In this document: one piece after another, positions 19,674-31,297 of the stretch
Layout of the letters: every line of letters starts with the position of its first letter
Numbering within the stretch: the first letter of the stretch is position 1
NCBI GenBank assembly: GCA_963665295.1
Contig: OY762209.1
Location: 384,001 to 448,000, forward strand
Source of the DNA: Syntrophorhabdaceae bacterium
GTDB lineage: Bacteria > Desulfobacterota > Syntrophorhabdia > Syntrophorhabdales > Syntrophorhabdaceae
Length of the DNA stretch: 64,000 nucleotides
Reading direction: 5' to 3'
Program-made: the position numbers and the translations under genes
The notes under the pieces: generated by a model
The model's database searches: none
The model's input: only the letters and a program-made list of their open reading frames with translations
What the model was told of the DNA's origin: nothing

Positions 19674-22600
19674 TCACTCTCCCGCATGAAGGGTTATTCT
19701 GAATTCTGTCCCTCCATTCCTCTCAAGCTCTATGATCCCTTCAAGCTGTTCCACGAGGGTAACCACAAGCTGCATGCCCAATGACTGGGTATTCATGAAA
19801 TCAAGGTCCCGCGGGAACCCTACGCCATTGTCAGAGACAACCATGGTCCTATGCATTTCGTCAGCATAAAAGCCTATTCTCAGAACTCCTCCCACCTTCT
19901 CCGGGAAGGCATGTTTCAAGACATTGGAAATAAGTTCATTGAGAATAAGTCCAAGAGGTATGGCCGTTTCGATATCGAGGGATATCGGTGCAACGTCGAG
20001 CTTCAAGCTTATGCCTTTGCCTGGTGCATACGTAGTGATGAGATTGTACGTGAGGTCTTCTACATACGCCGGAAAGTAGATGCGTGACAGGTTTTCCGAC
20101 CGGTAGAGTTTATCGTGAATAAGCGCCATTGCTTTCACGCGGCCCACACTCTCCACGAATATATCGCGGGCTTTCGGGTCATCAAGATATCTGGACTGGA
20201 GGTTAAGCAGACTGGACATGATCTGGAGATTGTTTTTCACCCTATGGTGTATCTCTTTGAGGAGGACCTCTTTTTCCTTCAGGGAAGCTTTGATGGCGTC
20301 CTCGGCTTCTTTGCCGGAGGTGACGTTCATGGCCGCACCGCGATACCCTGTGAGCGTGCCATTGCCATCCAAGATAGGGACAAGGGTGGCGCTGAGCCAT
20401 ATCGCTCGCCCCGACTTGACGATGGCCTGGTGCTCAAGATCCCTGAAGCCCGTGCGGGTCCGTACGTGTTCCTTGAAAATGTGCAATGTGCGCGATCTTT
20501 CGGACGGAGGCAGAAGATCAAAGGGTGTCTTCCCCAGTAGCTCCTCTGGTGTAAATTCCAGAACATCTTGAGCCCGATCACTGATAAAGGTGATGCGGCC
20601 GTCGACATCGAGCTCAAATATATACTCTCCCGCCGCCTCGCTGATATCCCTGAACCTCTCTTCACTTTTCTTAAGGGCAGCCTGGGCTTGTCTTTGGGCG
20701 AGAGCGATGGCCATCTGCTCACAGGCGCCCTCCAGGAAGGAGATAAGTTCCGGGGTAAACCGGCCTTTCTTGTGATCATTGAGCTGCAGTAAACCTATTA
20801 TGGCGCCCCCGTATTTCAAGGGGATCAACGCCACGGACTCGTAGCCTTCGCCGTTGCACCGGTTGCGGGTTCTCGCCTGGCGGTCCTCTTCAGTGGTACT
20901 TACAAGGAGGTCCGTGGTGCAATTGCTCCAGAAGCTTCCGCCGGAAGTGAAGAAGGGGAACTTAGGATCGAACCTGCCGGAGAGGATGTTACCACACATG
21001 CACTCCAGGACGGGGTTGCCCATGTCGTCCTTGAGCAGTTGACCATCCAAGTCTCTTGCGCAGAGGGAACGCTCTGCTTCCACAAATTCCCGGGGGAATC
21101 CTTTGGTTTCGAAGTAGGGAAAGTCATCGCCCTCCTTGAGACGGACACCTACCGCCTCGCAACCGGTCCATTCCTGGAGATACGCAGTAATGGCACGAAT
21201 TAGCTCGTAAGTGTGGTTCTCGTCGTTGAGGAACCTTAGGAGGATAAGGGTGGTCTCCCTTTCACGCTCGATGCGCCGTTCGTCTGTCACGTCCCGGAAG
21301 AAGCCCTGCATGAGCTTGACGTCATCGACCGTGACAGTGTCGGTTTTGATCTCCACTTCCCTAATCCTTCCATCCTTGGTCAGAAGATAATCAGGGAGCG
21401 TCTCGCCCAACCCCTGGGAACGATGGAGCATGAAGGAACGGGACATCCCGGGGCTACCCTCTTCGGCGGGATGAAGCATGGTCTGGGGCTTTCCGATAAT
21501 TTCCGACCGGTCGTACCCGGTCATCCGGAGAAAGGCCTCGTTACAACTCTGGAATGTTCCGGTTTCGTAATCCGCGAGGGCAATTCCCACTGTCGCCTCG
21601 TTAAAGAGCAGGCGGTAACGGCGTTCGCTCTCCCTGAGGGCTTCCTCGGCGCGCTTACGGTCGGTGATGTCGATGACAATCCCGACGAGGCTCACTACCC
21701 GGCCATCGGCATCCTCCAAGGGACCGCCTCTTGACATGAGCCATCGGATTGTGCCGTCCGGATAAACAACCCGCCACTCGGTGGTCAATTCCGTTCCTTC
21801 CCGGGCTGCTTTCCGGACTGCATCCTCGCTATGCTTGCGGTCGTCGGGGTGGATCGTCTTTATCCAGCGCTCATAGGAGGGTTCACAGGAATAAGGCTCA
21901 AGGCCATACAACCTCCAGAGTTCATCAGACCAATAATTTTCATTCGTCCGAAGATCCCATTCCCATGTGCCGGCACTCGCCGCCATCTGAGACAGGCGGA
22001 ACCTCTTTTCGTTCAGCCGAAGGTTATCCTGTGCTCGTTTCTGTTCGGTAACGTCACGCACATGCTCAACAACCATCGTAACATGGCCCTCATCGTCAAA
22101 CAGAGGGTAAGCGTTTGCTTCCTTGTAGAGTTTGGTAGTCGGGTTGTAAAACTCTACAAGAGCGGGCTTTCCGGTCTTGAAGACCTCCAGAGCCCGACAT
22201 CCTTCGCAGGGTGCGTGGCGATTGATAAAAGTCTCATAACAAGGGACATTTACAGGGAACTCATCAAGGCCGGCACAGAGGGGGGACTTCCAGTTGGACA
22301 CAAGAACTTTCAGATCTCTATCAAGCACCACAATGAGGTCATCGGTGGAGTTGAGGACGCTTTCGAGGAGCATCTTGGATTTCTTCAGTTCGTTCTCGGC
22401 GCGTTTTCTCTTGGTGATGTTTGTGTGGGAGACCAGAACTTTCCCTGGCTCATCTAGGAGCGGTGTTGAGCGCATGACGAACCAGCGCTGCTTTTCAGGA
22501 GAATGACAGGGATACTCTACCTCGAAATGAGGAAGGGCGCCTCGTTGAACCTGGCGGATTCCTTCAAAGGCTTCCTCGGCAGAATCTGTGTTCCCCGCCT

Positions 22601-24323
22601 CCGATGCCCATGATTTGAAATACTGTGCCCCCACTCCCCACGTCTGTTCGTCGCCCGCGTTGTTCGATTCGGCAAAGCGACGCCACGCATCGTTTATCTC
22701 CAGAACCCGTCCGTCCGGGCCTATGACGGCCTGGTGGGCGTCGGTGGAATTGAAGACCCGGTGCCAGAAATTGGATAGGAAGGCAAGGGCTTTCTCGGCG
22801 CTCTTTCTCTCGGTAATGTCTCGACAGATGCCTAACAGCGCCGGTTTACCATCCCACGTGATCAGTTGCGCACTCACCTCCGTGGGCACAAGTGATCCAT
22901 CCTTGCACCTGTGCACTGTTTCAAACCTTAGTCGGCCTTGCTCCATCAGCTTCGCGATGCGCTCCCGGGCGTGAAGGGCTTCCTCCGGTGTATCCAGATG
23001 GTGGAGCATCGCTGAAGTAAGTTCTGTGGGGGTGTAGCCAAGCTGTTCTGCAGCCCTGTCGTTGGCAGCGAGTATCCTTCCCTCTCCATCGGATATAATG
23101 ATCGTGTCATTGGCGCCGTCAAAGAGGAGCCGGTACTTGGCCTCGCTCTCCTTAATGGCCTCCTCTGCCTTTTTTCGCTCATTGATAATCTCCGAGAAGA
23201 GGATGATCCCCCCGACGTTCCCGTTTTGGTCATACCACGGAAGCAGCTCCCAACTCACCCAGTCCAGAGCGCCGTCCTTCCGTGGGAGCGAATCCTCCTT
23301 GCATTGCGCAGGCTCACCGGCCAGACCTCGCCGGTGAGCCTCTTTCCAGCGCTCCGGGGTCTCAGGGAATATGTCGTAGTGACTGCGACCCATGATATCC
23401 TGATCCGACAGGCCATAATCGGAGATCCATCGGCGGCTTACCGCCATGTATCTCATGTCGCGGTCAAGCATGGCTATGGCTGCGGGGGCGTGGTTAATAA
23501 ACAAGCGTAGTTTCTGCTCCGCCTCGCGCAGGTCTTTTTCCACCTTCTTGTGTTTGGTGATGTCCGAAAAGATGCACGCAAATTGCAGTGGTGCATGCCG
23601 GTATGCGGTAACCTCATAATGCCGCCTTAAGTTTCTACTGTATTGTTCGAAATGCAGTTGGGTACCCTTTATAGCCACTTCCCCATACTTTTCAATCCAC
23701 ACGGGCTCTATCCCAGGGAGTACCTCTTTTACCGTCTTTCCAATCAGTTCCTTTCCTTTTAACCCGGTGAGCCGCTCGAAGGCCGGGTTGACCGCAAGGA
23801 AACGATAGTCCATGGCGTTGCCTTCCTCGTCCAGTATAATCTCGTGAACCGCAAACCCATGCACCATGTTGGTAAATATGTTGCGATACTGTTCCTCGCT
23901 TTTCTTCAGCAGATTCTCCTTGATTTCAAGCCCTTTGTGAGCTGCGTAGAGCCTTAACGCCACCTTGATGCAAGCATCAAGGACCGTGATGCCGGAATCC
24001 TTCTCCACGTACCCGTAAGAGGTTATGTTCCCGGTCTTTTCCACTACATCTTGTTCTGTGTGGCTGGAGAGGAATACTATCGGTATATCATGTTCTCTGA
24101 GAATCACCCGAGCGGTCTCGGTTCCGTCCATCCCCTTGCAAAGATTGATGTCCATGAGGATCAGGTCTATGTCGGGTGTATTGCGTGTCAAGTCTATGGC
24201 TTCTTCACCACTGAAAGCGGTGATGACATAATAGTCATACTTCTGGAGAGTCTTCTTCCGGGCGAGAGCTATGAGTGTTTCGTCCTCGACCAGCAGGATG
24301 GTCCGTTTCTGAGACATGAACAT
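19674..24323 (-). CDS. REC - multi-PAS - GAF - HisKA_2 sensor histidine kinase
   Basis: ILLVEDE/LMD REC, several [18 protein letters not shown]-box, DNGVG. Confidence 0.93.
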   Translation of the reverse strand: MFMSQKRTILLVEDETLIALARKKTLQKYDYYVITAFSGEEAIDLTRNTPDIDLILMDINLCKGMDGTETARVILREHDIPIVFLSSHTEQDVVEKTGNITSYGYVEKDSGITVLDACIKVALRLYAAHKGLEIKENLLKKSEEQYRNIFTNMVHGFAVHEIILDEEGNAMDYRFLAVNPAFERLTGLKGKELIGKTVKEVLPGIEPVWIEKYGEVAIKGTQLHFEQYSRNLRRHYEVTAYRHAPLQFACIFSDITKHKKVEKDLREAEQKLRLFINHAPAAIAMLDRDMRYMAVSRRWISDYGLSDQDIMGRSHYDIFPETPERWKEAHRRGLAGEPAQCKEDSLPRKDGALDWVSWELLPWYDQNGNVGGIILFSEIINERKKAEEAIKESEAKYRLLFDGANDTIIISDGEGRILAANDRAAEQLGYTPTELTSAMLHHLDTPEEALHARERIAKLMEQGRLRFETVHRCKDGSLVPTEVSAQLITWDGKPALLGICRDITERKSAEKALAFLSNFWHRVFNSTDAHQAVIGPDGRVLEINDAWRRFAESNNAGDEQTWGVGAQYFKSWASEAGNTDSAEEAFEGIRQVQRGALPHFEVEYPCHSPEKQRWFVMRSTPLLDEPGKVLVSHTNITKRKRAENELKKSKMLLESVLNSTDDLIVVLDRDLKVLVSNWKSPLCAGLDEFPVNVPCYETFINRHAPCEGCRALEVFKTGKPALVEFYNPTTKLYKEANAYPLFDDEGHVTMVVEHVRDVTEQKRAQDNLRLNEKRFRLSQMAASAGTWEWDLRTNENYWSDELWRLYGLEPYSCEPSYERWIKTIHPDDRKHSEDAVRKAAREGTELTTEWRVVYPDGTIRWLMSRGGPLEDADGRVVSLVGIVIDITDRKRAEEALRESERRYRLLFNEATVGIALADYETGTFQSCNEAFLRMTGYDRSEIIGKPQTMLHPAEEGSPGMSRSFMLHRSQGLGETLPDYLLTKDGRIREVEIKTDTVTVDDVKLMQGFFRDVTDERRIERERETTLILLRFLNDENHTYELIRAITAYLQEWTGCEAVGVRLKEGDDFPYFETKGFPREFVEAERSLCARDLDGQLLKDDMGNPVLECMCGNILSGRFDPKFPFFTSGGSFWSNCTTDLLVSTTEEDRQARTRNRCNGEGYESVALIPLKYGGAIIGLLQLNDHKKGRFTPELISFLEGACEQMAIALAQRQAQAALKKSEERFRDISEAAGEYIFELDVDGRITFISDRAQDVLEFTPEELLGKTPFDLLPPSERSRTLHIFKEHVRTRTGFRDLEHQAIVKSGRAIWLSATLVPILDGNGTLTGYRGAAMNVTSGKEAEDAIKASLKEKEVLLKEIHHRVKNNLQIMSSLLNLQSRYLDDPKARDIFVESVGRVKAMALIHDKLYRSENLSRIYFPAYVEDLTYNLITTYAPGKGISLKLDVAPISLDIETAIPLGLILNELISNVLKHAFPEKVGGVLRIGFYADEMHRTMVVSDNGVGFPRDLDFMNTQSLGMQLVVTLVEQLEGIIELERNGGTEFRITLHAGE

Positions 24324-24471
24324 TCCTCCGCGATCGTTAATTACAGTTCTTCCTCGTACAATGGCCTATACAAGAAGTCTATCGTAACACATCATTCGTG
24401 GCAAGCCCTCGTCTCCCGCATCGTTGCCATATGTAATGGAGAATCAAGGGCGAAAACTTAGAAACCCGGCT

Positions 24472-24545
24472 GAGCTCGACTTCATTTCAAAACCCCATTG
24501 CCGGGCATGGTTCTCAACAAGGTCAGAGAAGCGCCGGACAGGCAG
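24472..24545 (+). pseudogene. Short relic of a receiver-domain C-terminus, opposite orientation
   Basis: ELDFISKP, frameshift, then PGMVLNKVREAPD; compare NFLQKPILPNVLLQKVRDVLD of the neighbouring kinase. Confidence 0.4.
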
Positions 24546-24721
24546 GTACGCATTTTCTGTGCAGGCCGTAAAAATAGAATGCCTTCAAGGCTTTATTTGG
24601 GGGCTGCGCAGTCCAGCGCCTTTCCATATAGTCTTTCCTACGGCCAGGGGCAAATGAGAACAATTTGGTGATAAAGGCCATATACTCGAATGCTGATCTG
24701 ACATTCACCATCCTTGACTAT

Positions 24722-27700
24722 TCAACCTTTCGGCCCGTTTGGCAAGACTTCCTGCCGGGCATCCAGCACATCTCTCACCTTTTGCAGGAGGACATTGGGC
24801 AAGATGGGCTTTTGGAGGAAGTTAAACTTCTCGTCCTCGATGCCTTTATCCAGGAACACGTCTCTCGTGTAGCCGCTCGTGAAGATAACCCGGATATCCC
24901 ATTTGATTTTGCATATCTCATTATAGGCTTCTCTCCCGTTCTTGTTCGGCATCACGGAGTCGAGGATGAGAAGATCTATCTTATCAGTTGTCTTAAACTG
25001 TTGTATTGCGTCCAGCCCGTCAACTGCCTCAATGGTCGTATACCCGTATTCATTGAGTATCTTGCAGATGAGACGCCGAACCGCCTCATTATCTTCCACA
25101 ACCAGAATCGTTTCATCGCCCCCGGTCGAAGGGACCGCCGCCGGATGTTCTTCCTGACTTGTTTCGCTCGCAGAAGGAAGGTAGATGTGAAAAGTCGTCC
25201 CAATGTTCGGTTCGCTGTATACGGTGATATAGCCATTATGCTGTAGTACGATTCCATAGACCGTCGAAAGCCCGAGGCCCGTTCCTTTTCCCGTCGCCTT
25301 TGTGCTAAAGAAGGGGTCAAAGATCTTTTCCCGCGTTGCCTCATCCATGCCCATACCTGTGTCGGATACGGAGAGGAAAGCATATCGCCCCGCCTTTCCG
25401 TATCCGTGGAAACGCTCGAAATCATCGCTCAGCTCTACCATTCTCGTCTCTACAGTAAAACTCCCCCCTTGCGGCATGGCGTCCCGGGCATTAGTAGCGA
25501 GATTGAAGAGTATCTGGTCAATCTGGCTTACATCAGCCATAATCGTGATGTCGTTGGGAGCCAGGACTGTCCTGATGGATATGTCCTCGGTGAGGAGGCG
25601 ATTCAGGAGTTTTTCTGTCCCTTTGATAATGTCGTGTAAACTAACCGGTCTCAGACTGATGGCTTGCTGCTTGCTGAAGGCTAAAAGACTCTGGACAAGG
25701 TCCGTCGCTTTCTTTGAAGCAGAGAGAATCTGATCCACATAAGTTTGCAAAGTCGCATCATTTATCCGCATCTTGAGAAGAGCTGCATATCCTACAAGGG
25801 CCGTAAGGATATTGTTGAAGTCGTGGGCGATACCTCCGGTCAGGGTGCCTATGGCCTCCATCTTCTGTGACTGGAGGAGTCTGGTTTCGAGGCACCTGAA
25901 CTCGGTGACGTCGGTCACGCACTCTATTGCCCCCACCACTTTTCCGTTCCTGTCAAAGAGCGCCGCAGCATGGCCGGACAGGAAAGCGCCCCTTCCCTTG
26001 TAAGTTTCGGGCACAAATGTTTCGGCGTGCAGTCGGCACCCTACTCTCCTTATTGATTGATATTTCTGTTCCAGTTCACAAGAATCTGTTGTAACATAGT
26101 CGATCAGAATGGGCCGTGCTTCCCCATAAAAGGGGATGGCGTACGCGTAATTGCCCTTGCCGATGACATCTCTTTTCGGCACGCCTGTCATCTCTTCGCA
26201 GGCACGGTTCCACGCTACCACCTTCTTTTCATTGTCGATAACTAAAGTTGCCTCGGGCAGGAATTCTATGATGTCGAGAAGCTGCTGATGAGTGGCAAGG
26301 AGCTCTTCTTCCGCCCTTTTGCGAGCCCTGATGTCCTTCCACATGGTGTACAAGATCCGTTTTCCACGAAAAGGTATTACCGTGTGAGAGACCTCGACCC
26401 AGAATTCCTCTCCATCAAAAGTGCGGCGCATCCATTCGAATCGATTGACCCCTGTCTTGAGTGTGGTCTCAATCAGCTCCCGGGCCTTCTCTGAGGATAA
26501 ACGGCCATCAGGCTGGAATTCAGGAGAAACATCGGATGGGCTCAATCCAAGGAGTTGGTCCCTGCTGCACCGCATGAGCTTCAGTGCGGCTTCGTTGCAG
26601 TCTATGAACGTATCTCCATTCATGAGGAGTGTGGGGTCACCGGATTTCTCGAACAGGAGCCTGAACTTCTCTTCGCTTTCCTGGATGGTCTCTTCCGCCT
26701 CCCGGATCTCCCTTTCGTGCCGATCCCTCTGGAGCCTCGCGCTAAGTATGGGCGCCACATAGTCCGATATACCTACCAGAAAACCCCTGTCATTGTCGTC
26801 GTAACCGCCCACCTTATTTGCGAGCGAGATCAGTCCTATGGTCTCATTGCTGAAAACAATCGGCACAGTAAGGAAGCAGTCTATGGGGAGGTGTCCTTCC
26901 GGCGTCAGAAAAGGCCCCTCGGAGTAGAAAGCCCTCTTCTCTCTGATCGCTTTTCCCCACACACTCCCTCCCCATGTGGAGGACGGAAAAACAACTGATT
27001 TGTCAATAACCTGACATTCGCTCCATATTTCCCTGGTTAGACTCGGTATGACGAGATTGCCCTTTTCGTCTATGAATCCAAAAATACCGAACCTGCTCCC
27101 CGTGGCCTCAAGAACAACAGTGAGCACGTCGGCGTACATCGATTCATCGGGAATGGTGAGAAAGATATTCGCTATCCGGTTCATTATCGTCTTTCTCTGC
27201 TCCGACTTCTGCAACTCTTCCTCTGCCCGTTTCTTTTCTGTTATATCCTCGACAGTACCCTCGTAATACGCAATCTTTCCGTGGGAATCCGTGACAGCGC
27301 GGGAATTCGTCGATATCCACACCCTGCTTTTGTCCCGTCGGTAGAGCTGGATCTCAAATTTTGACGCAAAGCCCTGTCTCTCGTAAAGTTCCTTTAATCG
27401 CGCCCTGTCTTCGGCGTTGACATATAACTGATCCTGTATGTTCGTGACCGCCTGCATCATCTCCGCAGGGGAGTCAAAACCATAGACCCTCGCATGGGAC
27501 TGGTTCATGCCGATGAATCTTCCATCCGGGGTGGACTGGAAAATACCCATAACTGCATCTTCAAAGATACCACGGTATTTTGCCTCCGCTTCCCTAAGAT
27601 CATTTTCTGCTTTCTTGAGGTCCGTGATGTCGCGCACAATTGCGGACGCACCCACAACCCTGGCTGAAGCATCCTTGACAGGAGATACCGTAAGGGAAAC

Positions 27701-29176
27701 TGACATCCGGCTGCCGTCTTTCTTAATCCGTACGGTTTCATGGTGAATGATGCTCTCTCCGCGCCTTATTTGATCAAGGAATGCCGGTACTTCATCAGCA
27801 TAATCGGGAGGGGCGAGGATAGATATGGATTTGTTGATAACTTCCTGTGCCGTATATCCGTAGATCCTCTCCGCACCCCTGTTCCAGGTAGCAATAATAC
27901 CGCTCAAATCATTTCCGATAATGGCGTCATCGGAGAATTCGACAATTGCCGCCAATCGGGCATTTGTCTCTTCGGCCCGTTTGTGCACGGTCATGTCGCG
28001 TATAACCTCAATGGCCCCCGTAAGACATCCGTCGGCATCCCTGAGGGGCGCTGCCTTTGCCCATACGTGCGCGCCTTTGCCGCCTGCGAGCGCCGGACAG
28101 AATACCTCTATCACATAATTGTCGCCTTCTTTCGTGATAAAGGGATAATTACTTGCGACCTCATGTTCAGGGAACCAGAAGAGGTCCATGAGCTGTGGCC
28201 TTGCCTCCCCGTAAAAGGGTACGGTGTATGCGTAATCTCCTTTGCCCATCATCTCTGCTGCGGGAACCCCTGAGAGGACTTCCATCGCCCGGTTCCAGAC
28301 AATGACACGCTTCTCGCCGTCTATGGCCAGGGTCGGGTCCGGAGAAAAGTCTATGAGTTGGGATAACCTCCTTTCCAGCGCCTTGCGAGCCTTTTCTGCC
28401 TGCATTTGGTCAGTGATGTCGAGGAGCGCCCCGATCAGCCCGCTGACGGCTCCCTGTTTGTCGGTAAAGACCGCTTTCGTGAAGACGACATCACGTCGTT
28501 CGCCAAGCGCGTCCACCTGAGTCTCATATTGCTGCGTCTCCCTGCTCTCAAAGAGCTCTGTATCTTTGGCGTGATAGGTTTCCGCAAGCTCCGGCGGATT
28601 GATGTCAAATACAGTCTTACCGATCAGATGTTGCCTTGCTGCGCCGAAGAATGTTTCGAATGCCCTGTTGAATCCCAGATATCGCCCATCCCTGTCCTTA
28701 TAAAAGACCGGAATAGGGGTAGCATCGAGCAACGTGCCCAGAAAGGCCTCTCTCTCCTGAAGCGCCTCCTCCCGCTGTTTCAGCTTCTTATGTGCTTCAT
28801 GGAGCTTGAATGCCATTTTTATGGATGCCAGAAGGACTGTCTCTCCCGAATCCTTTACCACATAGCCGTAGGAAGTGATTCGCTCCGTTTTCTCCACCAC
28901 ATCCTTCTCTGTATGAGACGAGAGAAACACGACCGGTATGTCGTGGTCCCTGAGAATGATCTCCGCCGTCTCGGTGCCATCCATACCCTTGCCCAGGTTG
29001 ATATCCATGAGGATAAGGTCGATTGCGGAGGTGTTCTGCACTATATCGATAGCCTTACTGCCACTGGAAGCGGTAATGACCTGGAAACCGTGCCTCTTTA
29101 GCGTTTCCATCGCCATCATAGCAATCAACCCTTCGTCTTCTACCAACAGGATGGTTTCGTGGTTCCGGACACCCAT
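24722..29176 (-). CDS. Hybrid kinase REC - multi-PAS/GAF - HisKA - HATPase - REC
   Basis: GGIAHDFNNIL H-box, NARDAM, GTGLGL, terminal REC. Confidence 0.93.
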   Translation of the reverse strand: MGVRNHETILLVEDEGLIAMMAMETLKRHGFQVITASSGSKAIDIVQNTSAIDLILMDINLGKGMDGTETAEIILRDHDIPVVFLSSHTEKDVVEKTERITSYGYVVKDSGETVLLASIKMAFKLHEAHKKLKQREEALQEREAFLGTLLDATPIPVFYKDRDGRYLGFNRAFETFFGAARQHLIGKTVFDINPPELAETYHAKDTELFESRETQQYETQVDALGERRDVVFTKAVFTDKQGAVSGLIGALLDITDQMQAEKARKALERRLSQLIDFSPDPTLAIDGEKRVIVWNRAMEVLSGVPAAEMMGKGDYAYTVPFYGEARPQLMDLFWFPEHEVASNYPFITKEGDNYVIEVFCPALAGGKGAHVWAKAAPLRDADGCLTGAIEVIRDMTVHKRAEETNARLAAIVEFSDDAIIGNDLSGIIATWNRGAERIYGYTAQEVINKSISILAPPDYADEVPAFLDQIRRGESIIHHETVRIKKDGSRMSVSLTVSPVKDASARVVGASAIVRDITDLKKAENDLREAEAKYRGIFEDAVMGIFQSTPDGRFIGMNQSHARVYGFDSPAEMMQAVTNIQDQLYVNAEDRARLKELYERQGFASKFEIQLYRRDKSRVWISTNSRAVTDSHGKIAYYEGTVEDITEKKRAEEELQKSEQRKTIMNRIANIFLTIPDESMYADVLTVVLEATGSRFGIFGFIDEKGNLVIPSLTREIWSECQVIDKSVVFPSSTWGGSVWGKAIREKRAFYSEGPFLTPEGHLPIDCFLTVPIVFSNETIGLISLANKVGGYDDNDRGFLVGISDYVAPILSARLQRDRHEREIREAEETIQESEEKFRLLFEKSGDPTLLMNGDTFIDCNEAALKLMRCSRDQLLGLSPSDVSPEFQPDGRLSSEKARELIETTLKTGVNRFEWMRRTFDGEEFWVEVSHTVIPFRGKRILYTMWKDIRARKRAEEELLATHQQLLDIIEFLPEATLVIDNEKKVVAWNRACEEMTGVPKRDVIGKGNYAYAIPFYGEARPILIDYVTTDSCELEQKYQSIRRVGCRLHAETFVPETYKGRGAFLSGHAAALFDRNGKVVGAIECVTDVTEFRCLETRLLQSQKMEAIGTLTGGIAHDFNNILTALVGYAALLKMRINDATLQTYVDQILSASKKATDLVQSLLAFSKQQAISLRPVSLHDIIKGTEKLLNRLLTEDISIRTVLAPNDITIMADVSQIDQILFNLATNARDAMPQGGSFTVETRMVELSDDFERFHGYGKAGRYAFLSVSDTGMGMDEATREKIFDPFFSTKATGKGTGLGLSTVYGIVLQHNGYITVYSEPNIGTTFHIYLPSASETSQEEHPAAVPSTGGDETILVVEDNEAVRRLICKILNEYGYTTIEAVDGLDAIQQFKTTDKIDLLILDSVMPNKNGREAYNEICKIKWDIRVIFTSGYTRDVFLDKGIEDEKFNFLQKPILPNVLLQKVRDVLDARQEVLPNGPKG

Positions 29177-29289
29177 GATTCACTCCTTATATACCGGATA
29201 TCTTTTTGCCTGCAAAAACGGGCTATCTATGGCTCCCTTACCCTCCACATGTCATGCATTGACACCATGTGGGCAGAACAACCAACACT

Positions 29290-29343
29290 TGCGATCTCAG
29301 TTGCGTGCGATCTCAGTTGCGTGCGATCTCAGTTGCGTGCGAT
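29290..29343. repeat. 16-bp tandem repeat (TGCGATCTCAGTTGCG)x3 plus partial
   Basis: Identical units at 29290, 29306, 29322; overlaps the stop of the upstream kinase gene. Confidence 0.95.
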
Positions 29344-31244
29344 GCTGCATCCCCTTCCCGGTCGAGCGTTTCTCTCACCTTCTTAAGGAGCATGTCCGGC
29401 ATGATCGGCTTCTGGATAAAATTCACATTCTGCTCGAATACACCCTTTTGCTTAATGATGTCCGATGAATATCCGCTCATAAACAGGACTTTAATACCTG
29501 GTTTCATCTTGAGAATCTCTTCATGAACTGCCTTTCCGCCTTTCTTGGGCATGATGACGTCTAAAATGGCCAGCCCAATTTCTTTGTCCTTCGCCTTGAA
29601 TGTATTCACCGCATCCTCTCCATCAGCGACTGCAAAGACCTTGTACCCATAAGCTTCAAGAATTGTCTTCATAAGATTTCTGGCCTGCTCGTCGTCCTCT
29701 GCAAGCAAGACCACCTCGTTGCCGTCCTGTGGTCTAATGCGGCCCTCGGTCTCTTCTTCTTTTTCCATTGATTCTATGAGAGGAAGATATATGGTGAAGA
29801 GGGTTCCGATGCCGGGTTCGCTATATACATTCACATATCCATTGTGCTGCTTTATTATGCCATATACGGTTGAAAGCCCGAGGCCCGTCCCCTTTCCCTC
29901 ATCCTTGGTTGTAAAGAATGGTTCGAAAATCCTCGCCGCCGTGTCCTTGTCTATCCCGACCCCTGTGTCCGAGACAGAGATGACCGCATATGCTCCAGGT
30001 GCGCCGTAGCCATGGGACCGCACAAATTCGCTGTCAATTTCTATGAGCTCCGTGTGTATACTAAGGGTGCCGCCTCCGGGCATAGCGTCTTTTGCATTGG
30101 TGACGAGATTCATCAGCACCTGTTCCAATTGGCCCTTATCCGCCTTCACCATAAGATCACTGCCCCAAAGAGATGTCTGGAAATGAACTTCCTCTCCGAT
30201 GAGCCTTGTCAGAAGTTTGTCGGCTTTCTTTACAACCTTGTTTAATTCCATGGGCTCCGCATGACTCTCCGATTTCCTGCTGAACGAAAGAAGGCCTTGC
30301 GTCAGGTTTGCCGCCTTCTCTCCCGAGGAAAGGATCTGGTCTACATAGCAACTGAGAGGATTGTCGCTCATTTCCCTTTGAAGAAGGTTCCCATAGCCTA
30401 TTATCGCGGTGAGTACATTGTTGAAATCATGGGCTATGGCGCCGGCCATGGTTCCTACTGCCTCCATTTTTTGGGCATGGAGAAATTGAGTTTCAAGACG
30501 TTTGCGTTCCGTAATGTCTCTCGCTACCGACTGAATAGCCGGCTTTCCGTTGTAGGTTATCAGCACTGCCTTAACTTCTACATCGAGCCCCTGACCGTCA
30601 AACCTGACATACTTCGCTTCCAGGAGAGGGAACTCCCCGTCGCTTCGCGTGATCCGATCAATACCCCGAAGGATGTCGGCGTGAAAGCGCCCGTCCACGA
30701 TGTCGAAAAATCGTCTTCCTATAAGGGCCTCGGAATCATCCGCTCCTAAGAGTCGCGCTCCCGCCGTGTTAATAAATTCAATCCTACCCTCTCTGTGAAC
30801 GACGATGATATCCGGCAGAACTTCGACAAGGTGTCTGTATCGCTCCTCGCTCGCCTTCAACTCCTGATCCATTCTGTTCTTGTAAAGGGCCATCTCGATG
30901 GTTGAGGAAAGCTCTCTCTCATTAAAGGGCTTTAGGATGTACCCAAAAGGACTTGTTATCTTCGCTCTTTCCAGCGTCCCCTCGTCAGCATAGGCGGTCA
31001 GATATATAACCGGTATGCCGAATTCTCTCCTCAACACTTCTGCAGCCTCGATTCCATCCATCTCGCCTTTAAGTCCGATGTCCATGAGCGCAAGGTCGGG
31101 ACAGCTTAGTTTTGCCTTCTCTATTGCTTCTTCACCCGAAGAGGCGATTCCGTCAACGTGGTAGCCCCGCGCTTTAAGGCAGTATTGGATATCCTGCGCA
31201 ACAATTCGCTCGTCTTCTATGATCAGAATATGCGCTTTATCCAT
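29313..31244 (-). CDS. Hybrid kinase REC - PAS - HisKA - HATPase - REC
   Basis: [29 protein letters not shown]; directly follows cheB. Confidence 0.92.
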   Translation of the reverse strand: MDKAHILIIEDERIVAQDIQYCLKARGYHVDGIASSGEEAIEKAKLSCPDLALMDIGLKGEMDGIEAAEVLRREFGIPVIYLTAYADEGTLERAKITSPFGYILKPFNERELSSTIEMALYKNRMDQELKASEERYRHLVEVLPDIIVVHREGRIEFINTAGARLLGADDSEALIGRRFFDIVDGRFHADILRGIDRITRSDGEFPLLEAKYVRFDGQGLDVEVKAVLITYNGKPAIQSVARDITERKRLETQFLHAQKMEAVGTMAGAIAHDFNNVLTAIIGYGNLLQREMSDNPLSCYVDQILSSGEKAANLTQGLLSFSRKSESHAEPMELNKVVKKADKLLTRLIGEEVHFQTSLWGSDLMVKADKGQLEQVLMNLVTNAKDAMPGGGTLSIHTELIEIDSEFVRSHGYGAPGAYAVISVSDTGVGIDKDTAARIFEPFFTTKDEGKGTGLGLSTVYGIIKQHNGYVNVYSEPGIGTLFTIYLPLIESMEKEEETEGRIRPQDGNEVVLLAEDDEQARNLMKTILEAYGYKVFAVADGEDAVNTFKAKDKEIGLAILDVIMPKKGGKAVHEEILKMKPGIKVLFMSGYSSDIIKQKGVFEQNVNFIQKPIMPDMLLKKVRETLDREGDAASHATEIARN

Positions 31245-31297
31245 GAGTTCAACTCCGTCAGACCGGCCCTGGGACGTGAGGTTCGAGCCCGGACCAA

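Noticed and set aside
29290..29343. Short repeats as a CRISPR array
   Set aside because: Head-to-tail 16-mers with no spacers and no cas genes
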